From Oscillospiraceae bacterium (GTDB taxonomy: Bacteria; Bacillota; Clostridia; Oscillospirales; Ruminococcaceae), in assembly GCA_051658665.1 (NCBI GenBank), contig JBOFNA010000045.1, forward strand, positions 1 through 39,855: a stretch of DNA of 39,855 nucleotides, read 5' to 3'. The translations under genes and the position numbers were made by a program. The notes beneath the pieces were generated by a model. It made no database searches and had not been told where the DNA came from. It saw only the letters and a list, made by a program, of their open reading frames with translations. This document shows, in pieces, positions 36,136 to 39,855 of this stretch. The stretch's first letter is position 1; each line of letters starts with the position of its first letter.

Positions 36136-36412
36136 CCTTTCCTGTTTTTTGAGCATAAACATATTCTAAACAAGCGCCTTTAGAATATTTCCAACCCTTT
36201 AAAAAATAGATAAAATCACAACAATCTATCATTTTGTAGCATATTTCCATATACTCATCATGACTAAAACCTTTAGGCAATACGCTAGGGTTCATAATCT
36301 TGCATTTAGGATACCTAAACTTGAGTTTTGCTACCCCTAAGATAAACTTAATTCTAAAACACTTCTCTCCAGTAATTGGACCTGCAACATAAATCTTTTT
36401 TCTTTTCTTCAC
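36125..36412 (-). CDS. DUF4406 / nucleoside 2-deoxyribosyltransferase-like small protein
   Basis: KIYVAGPITG at the N-terminus and GW..S.G...E...A...G at the C-terminus, 95 aa. GTG start follows SD AAAGGA. Confidence 0.6.
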   Translation of the reverse strand: MKKRKKIYVAGPITGEKCFRIKFILGVAKLKFRYPKCKIMNPSVLPKGFSHDEYMEICYKMIDCCDFIYFLKGWKYSKGACLEYVYAQKTGKDVL

Positions 36413-36454
36413 TATATCAATCCTTTCTTTTTTATTTTTTTCTGCTATTTAGCA

Positions 36455-36527
36455 TTTGTTAAGGCTCTAGCAAGAAAGGTAGCTAATGCCTTAACAAACA
36501 CTAAGTAACGTGTTTGTTTTTTTATGC
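36455..36527. other. structured leader upstream of the DUF4406 gene: two mutually exclusive hairpins plus an anti-SD
   Basis: The 11-bp stem 36455-36465/36488-36498 overlaps the 9-bp stem 36493-36501/36510-36518. AAGAAAGG (36472-36479) is complementary to the SD region CCTTTCTT (36422-36429). Confidence 0.6.
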
Positions 36528-36531
36528 GTTT

Positions 36532-36540
36532 ATTATACCA
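36532..36540 (-). promoter_or_regulatory. extended -10 promoter element (TGGTATAAT) upstream of the DUF4406 leader
   Basis: The - strand reads TGGTATAAT. The -35 is poor. Confidence 0.45.
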
Positions 36541-36552
36541 TAATTACGCTGC

Positions 36553-36870
36553 TTAATAAGGTTCGTTTTGTGTTTTTTTACTCCTGTCAATAATTTTATC
36601 AAGTCTTAGAGAATGTTTTGGAAACTCTTTAATCTCAATAAATATGGTTGGATTATCTATCCAGTTATAATATTCAATACAAATGGTGTCCCAATCGTCA
36701 TTATCAAGTCCATATATATTTTTGAAAGGTCCACGTTGCTTAATTTCCTCTGTTCTTTCTAAAAAACGAGTTTCATCAGATATTTTATAATACTCTAGCC
36801 CCTCTATTGTATTCACTTCTAATAATATTGGATATTCTACACCTTTTACTAACGTTTCAATCGTATTCAT
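36553..36870 (-). CDS. hypothetical protein
   Basis: 105 aa, SD AAAGGAG. Confidence 0.55.
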   Translation of the reverse strand: MNTIETLVKGVEYPILLEVNTIEGLEYYKISDETRFLERTEEIKQRGPFKNIYGLDNDDWDTICIEYYNWIDNPTIFIEIKEFPKHSLRLDKIIDRSKKTQNEPY

Positions 36871-36872
36871 AA

Positions 36873-37427
36873 TTATTCTCCTTTTTTTATTTTACTTACT
36901 ATTATACCTGTTTCATTTGTATTTTTTTCAATAGCTATAAAAGCTGTTTCTGTGCAAAAATAGTTACAATCTTTACCTAATATTTTTAATAAGATTGATA
37001 GTTTTTTATATTCGATGAAATTATTTTTTTTAGATATAGATGTATAAAAGTCTTTTTTAGTTTTAACATAGTAGCTCAGTTCATCAAAAGTTGTACTTAA
37101 AGGTTGTTTTATTTTAAGAATTGGATCAACATATTGAGGCATTTCCGGGTAATTATCTTCTAGTGTTAGATTTTTATATCCTAAATTATCATTTAAAATA
37201 AAAACACTATAACTATCTGTAAAATAATTTTTTCCTTGAATTACACCACATCCTTTAAGATGAGAATGTATCTCTTTGATATTCTTCATAAAAGAGGTCA
37301 TAGCTTGTATTCTGCTTTTACTATTCAATTTTAAAGCACTGTTTTTTCTTATTTCTTCTTCTAACAATAATATTAATTCATCATTTTTATTGTTTTTAAT
37401 CAATTCTAAATATTTTAATTCTTTCAT
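36873..37427 (-). CDS. hypothetical protein
   Basis: 184-aa ORF in the immediate-early block. Confidence 0.55.
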   Translation of the reverse strand: MKELKYLELIKNNKNDELILLLEEEIRKNSALKLNSKSRIQAMTSFMKNIKEIHSHLKGCGVIQGKNYFTDSYSVFILNDNLGYKNLTLEDNYPEMPQYVDPILKIKQPLSTTFDELSYYVKTKKDFYTSISKKNNFIEYKKLSILLKILGKDCNYFCTETAFIAIEKNTNETGIIVSKIKKGE

Positions 37428-37441
37428 ATTTAAAAAATCCT

Positions 37442-37476
37442 GTTAAGCAAGCCTTAGCTTAACCCTTTCTTTTTTT
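37442..37476. other. leader hairpin module e
   Basis: GTTAAGC-AAGCCTTA-GCTTAAC (37442-37463) followed on + by CCTTTCTTTTTTT. Confidence 0.75.
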
Positions 37477-37535
37477 ATTGTTTTAGGCTTATTCTAAGGG
37501 TCTATTGCTAAACCCTTAACATAAACTTAATACTT

Positions 37536-37739
37536 TTATTTAACCTCTAGGAGAGCTTTTAAACCCTCAATTGCACTAGTTGGTATATTGTACAATGAAA
37601 TCATTAAATCTATATTCATATTCAAATCATATATGGTATCTTGAATGTATTCAAATTCATCAATCTTATAACAATAATCTTTTGATATATTGTTGTTTTT
37701 TTCAATGTACTCTATTATTTCTATCATTAAATCACTCAT
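37536..37739 (-). CDS. small acidic hypothetical protein
   Basis: 67 aa. Confidence 0.5.
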   Translation of the reverse strand: MSDLMIEIIEYIEKNNNISKDYCYKIDEFEYIQDTIYDLNMNIDLMISLYNIPTSAIEGLKALLEVK

Positions 37740-37755
37740 TATTTATTACCTATTT

Positions 37756-37793
37756 GCTAGCAAAGGTTTGTTTGCTAGCACCTTTCTTTTTTT
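37756..37793. other. leader hairpin module d
   Basis: GCTAGCAAA-GGTTTG-TTTGCTAGC (37756-37779, 9-bp perfect stem) followed on + by ACCTTTCTTTTTTT. Confidence 0.75.
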
Positions 37794-37802
37794 GTTGTAT
37801 TA

Positions 37803-38300
37803 TTATTTATCAAATACTAGATTAGCGTATATAATGGTACCATTACCATAGTTAGCTTGCCTCTTGTGATTAGCTAATCTGATATTTGGAAGATCGTAAT
37901 TTGAACGTGTTCCAGGAATATATTTAACTTCATATATTTCATCCACAAGACCTTTTAAATCTGTTTCATACTTTTCTAGCAAGTAGATAAGATCGTCTAC
38001 ATCTAAACATAGTAACTTATATTTGATATTCTTTTTAGTAAATTTGTTGTTGTTTGGTTTGACAATTGGATAAGTTTGAATATGAGCTTTCAACAACGTT
38101 CTGCTTTGCTCAAGAGCTGCCTCCTCTGCTGCCTCTACTGCTAGCAGAGCTTTATCTGAATTTCGTTCAAACATCCACTTAATACAATTCCTATCACACT
38201 CAAGCTCAATGCTATTCAATAGATAAGTAAGTTCATCTGGAGTTACTCCATCTAAATCAAACCCATGCTCCCATAAATCGCTACTTTTTAATTTTCTCAT
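37803..38300 (-). CDS. hypothetical protein
   Basis: 165 aa, SD AAGAGGAAA. Confidence 0.55.
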   Translation of the reverse strand: MRKLKSSDLWEHGFDLDGVTPDELTYLLNSIELECDRNCIKWMFERNSDKALLAVEAAEEAALEQSRTLLKAHIQTYPIVKPNNNKFTKKNIKYKLLCLDVDDLIYLLEKYETDLKGLVDEIYEVKYIPGTRSNYDLPNIRLANHKRQANYGNGTIIYANLVFDK

Positions 38301-38446
38301 TTTCTTTTCCTCTTACTTTCTTTTTTATTTTCTAAACCTAATTTTAGGCTTACCAATGCTCCAAATAACTTTGAAGCATTTGTAAAACTAATACCAAAAT
38401 TCAACTACTAAATTTGCAGCAATCTTATTCAATCTCCCTAAAGTTT

Positions 38447-38662
38447 TTAGATTATAGTTCCATAATCAAAGAAGCCGTTTCCGTCTTTAATTCTTCTCAC
38501 ACCATTTCTATCAATTGTCGTATCCAATGTATCTTCCATGTTTCTACCCCAGATAATATATGATACTTTTAGAAGCTCAAACGCTACTATATCGTCCGCT
38601 TGATGTTCTTCTGGAATATTAATATGCTCCAATATTTCAATAATAACATTTTCATTTTTCAT
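38447..38662 (-). CDS. hypothetical protein (alternative TTG start at 38683)
   Basis: ATG 38662 follows AAAAGGTAA. The TTG at 38683 sits inside a hairpin. Confidence 0.5.
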   Translation of the reverse strand: MKNENVIIEILEHINIPEEHQADDIVAFELLKVSYIIWGRNMEDTLDTTIDRNGVRRIKDGNGFFDYGTII

Positions 38663-38676
38663 TTTCTTTACCTTTT

Positions 38677-38707
38677 GCCGCAATGCGGCACCTTTCTTTT
38701 ATTTTTT
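38677..38707. other. leader hairpin module c
   Basis: GCCGC-AAT-GCGGC (38677-38689) followed on + by ACCTTTCTTTTATTTTTT. Confidence 0.7.
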
Positions 38708-38754
38708 AAAGCCGGTAATTATGGGCTTACTAATGGAGCGCCTTGTATGCTCCA

Positions 38755-38783
38755 TTTATAAAACCATTATCTGATTTTTTCAA
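38755..38783 (-). promoter_or_regulatory. candidate early promoter
   Basis: The - strand reads TTGAAA(38783-38778)-17 nt-TATAAA(38760-38755). Confidence 0.45.
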
Positions 38784-39174
38784 TTTCAACTATTTCAAAT
38801 GTGCTTTTGTCCATGTAATCTGTGTCATTGTTAAAGTACTCATTCCATGATCTAACATCTTCTGCTTGTTCAATGTAAGGTACTTCTGGCTCATCTCTAT
38901 TTATCAAATAAGCGTTATTGATACTGCCTTCACATTCATAATCAACAACTTTATATCTAACAGTTACCACTTCTGTATCAAAGTATAGTGTTTCCTCAAC
39001 CCACCCTGTAGCTTCTGCTCTAGGTACGTGGTCACATTCATCATCAAATGATATATCTAGTAAATGCCATGTGCTGCTATTGCATTCCTCAAACTTTTCA
39101 TCATCAAATAAATCATCATAACTTAATTTTGCTAATTCTTCTTTTGTAAAATCACTAAACTTAATCTTTTTCAT
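38767..39174 (-). CDS. strongly acidic first early protein, unknown function
   Basis: 135 aa from ATG 39174, preceded by SD GGTGG. By my count it has 36 D/E against about 14 K/R. The ORF-track extension to 39231 would cover a promoter and hairpin. Confidence 0.55.
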   Translation of the reverse strand: MKKIKFSDFTKEELAKLSYDDLFDDEKFEECNSSTWHLLDISFDDECDHVPRAEATGWVEETLYFDTEVVTVRYKVVDYECEGSINNAYLINRDEPEVPYIEQAEDVRSWNEYFNNDTDYMDKSTFEIVEIEKIR

Positions 39175-39187
39175 TTCTACCACCATA

Positions 39188-39212
39188 GATAGCTTTGCTA
39201 TCCCTTTCTTTT
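39188..39212. other. leader hairpin module b
   Basis: GATAGC-TTT-GCTATC (39188-39202) followed on + by CCTTTCTTTT. Confidence 0.7.
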
Positions 39213-39221
39213 GTTGAATAC

Positions 39222-39230
39222 ATTGTATCA
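39222..39230 (-). promoter_or_regulatory. extended -10 element TGATACAAT
   Basis: Read on the - strand. It lies about 45 nt upstream of ATG 39174. Confidence 0.4.
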
Positions 39231-39420
39231 TAGCTATATAACTTAGTTGTGTTCATCTTATGTTCGAGATGTGTCCACTTTAATACATTGTTATTATTAA
39301 ATCTATTAAATCTATTAAAGGATCCATTAGCTTATATATCAAGCTCCCATATATTTGATCACTAATTGAATATAGCACATATTGAATCACTTCTAAAATT
39401 TGTAACATCTTTTTTTACCT

Positions 39421-39448
39421 GGTTCAAAGATTGAACCGCCTTTCTTTT
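39421..39448. other. leader hairpin module a
   Basis: GGTTCAA-AGA-TTGAACC (39421-39437) followed on + by GCCTTTCTTTT. The - strand reads AAAAGAAAGGC then the hairpin. Confidence 0.7.
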
Positions 39449-39459
39449 AATGTATATAT

Positions 39460-39488
39460 ACTATATCACACCTATATAGATGTGTCAA
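39460..39488 (-). promoter_or_regulatory. near-consensus extended -10 leftward early promoter
   Basis: The - strand reads TTGACA(39488-39483), 17-nt spacer with TGA, TATAGT(39465-39460). Confidence 0.7.
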
Positions 39489-39626
39489 CAGATATTATCA
39501 TTAAAAATGTGTTCAAGTTATGTCCATTTAAATCATTAATTTAATAAGGTAACACGCGCGTATACCATACACTTTAATTAATGTCAAACTTTTAATTAAA
39601 AATTTTTAAAATTATTTGTTTTGAAC

Positions 39627-39651
39627 AAAAAAAATAAAAAAAATAAAAAAA
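39627..39651. repeat. three phased A-tracts (A8-T-A8-T-A7, 9-bp period)
   Basis: Read directly in the large non-coding region. Confidence 0.85.
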
Positions 39652-39855
39652 CTATTCGGCAAAACATCATCCAACCAGCTGCTTAAACCTATAGTTAAAT
39701 ATAATACATATAACTTAAATCTATAAATTATATCTATGGATTAAAAGTTTGATATATCGAACAAAAAGTTTAGTTAAAGGTGTTTGGAAGTGCTTACACC
39801 CCCCGGTGTGTTTTGTGTTTTTATCGCGCGGGAACGGTGTGGGGGGAAAGAGTGT

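Noticed and set aside
36493-36527. Calling the + strand-oriented hairpin/T-run structures in 35.7-39.5 kb as genuine terminator features.
   Set aside because: No + strand genes or promoters were identified there, so terminator function is unproven. They are reported as strand-neutral modules and discussed as a finding instead.
38767-39231. N-terminal extensions proposed by the ORF track for several genes, for example 38767-39231, 3836-4231, 9954-10379, 21041-21238, 26166-26834 and 34718-35062.
   Set aside because: The extensions lack an SD and would cover promoters, hairpins or the 3' end of the upstream gene. Internal starts with good SD spacing were preferred.
1-39855. A search for tRNA, tmRNA or rRNA genes and for an integrase/attP.
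   Set aside because: No cloverleaf-like G+C-rich 70-90-nt segment and no recombinase motifs were recognised by eye. A tRNAscan/Infernal run would be needed to be definitive.

Overview
The window looks like a complete or near-complete genome of an AT-rich, siphovirus-type dsDNA phage of a low-GC Gram-positive host. It has a tape-measure protein and no tail sheath.

Layout:
- 205-3265 (+): RHH protein, replisome organizer with internal iterons, G39P-like loader, and a cytosine-5 DNA methyltransferase split by one in-frame TAA.
- 3284-3838 (+): about 520 nt with no ORF, bounded by a consensus promoter and an intrinsic terminator. I read it as a large structured ncRNA candidate.
- 3846-23444 (+): a classical HK97-like late operon. 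Order is HNH, P27-type TerS, TerL, portal, prohead protease, major capsid, connectors, major tail, G/GT chaperone with a -1 frameshift, a 1683-aa tape measure, Dit, Tal-like protein, fibre, then XhlA/holin/amidase lysis genes.
- 23448-25044 (+): a post-lysis cargo cassette of four genes.
- 39174 down to 25076 (-): an early block. It holds many small acidic or unknown ORFs, a DUF4406 protein, YqaJ exonuclease, a DUF1351-like protein, RtcB RNA ligase, RecT, RusA, SSB and a PAPS-reductase-like PP-loop protein.

I saw no integrase, repressor/Cro switch, replicative helicase, primase, polymerase, tRNA or CRISPR array.

Most notable observations:
- the orphan about 0.5 kb RNA locus;
- the methyltransferase stop codon sitting in the loop of a perfect palindrome;
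- a recurrent A-rich/AAGG + hairpin module in the immediate-early intergenic regions, which on the opposite strand reads as intrinsic terminators;
- a structured anti-SD leader upstream of the DUF4406 gene;
- RtcB embedded in the recombination module;
- a GC-rich, A-tract-rich non-coding control region at the window ends.

All functional calls come from motif recognition by eye and from synteny. No database search was run.
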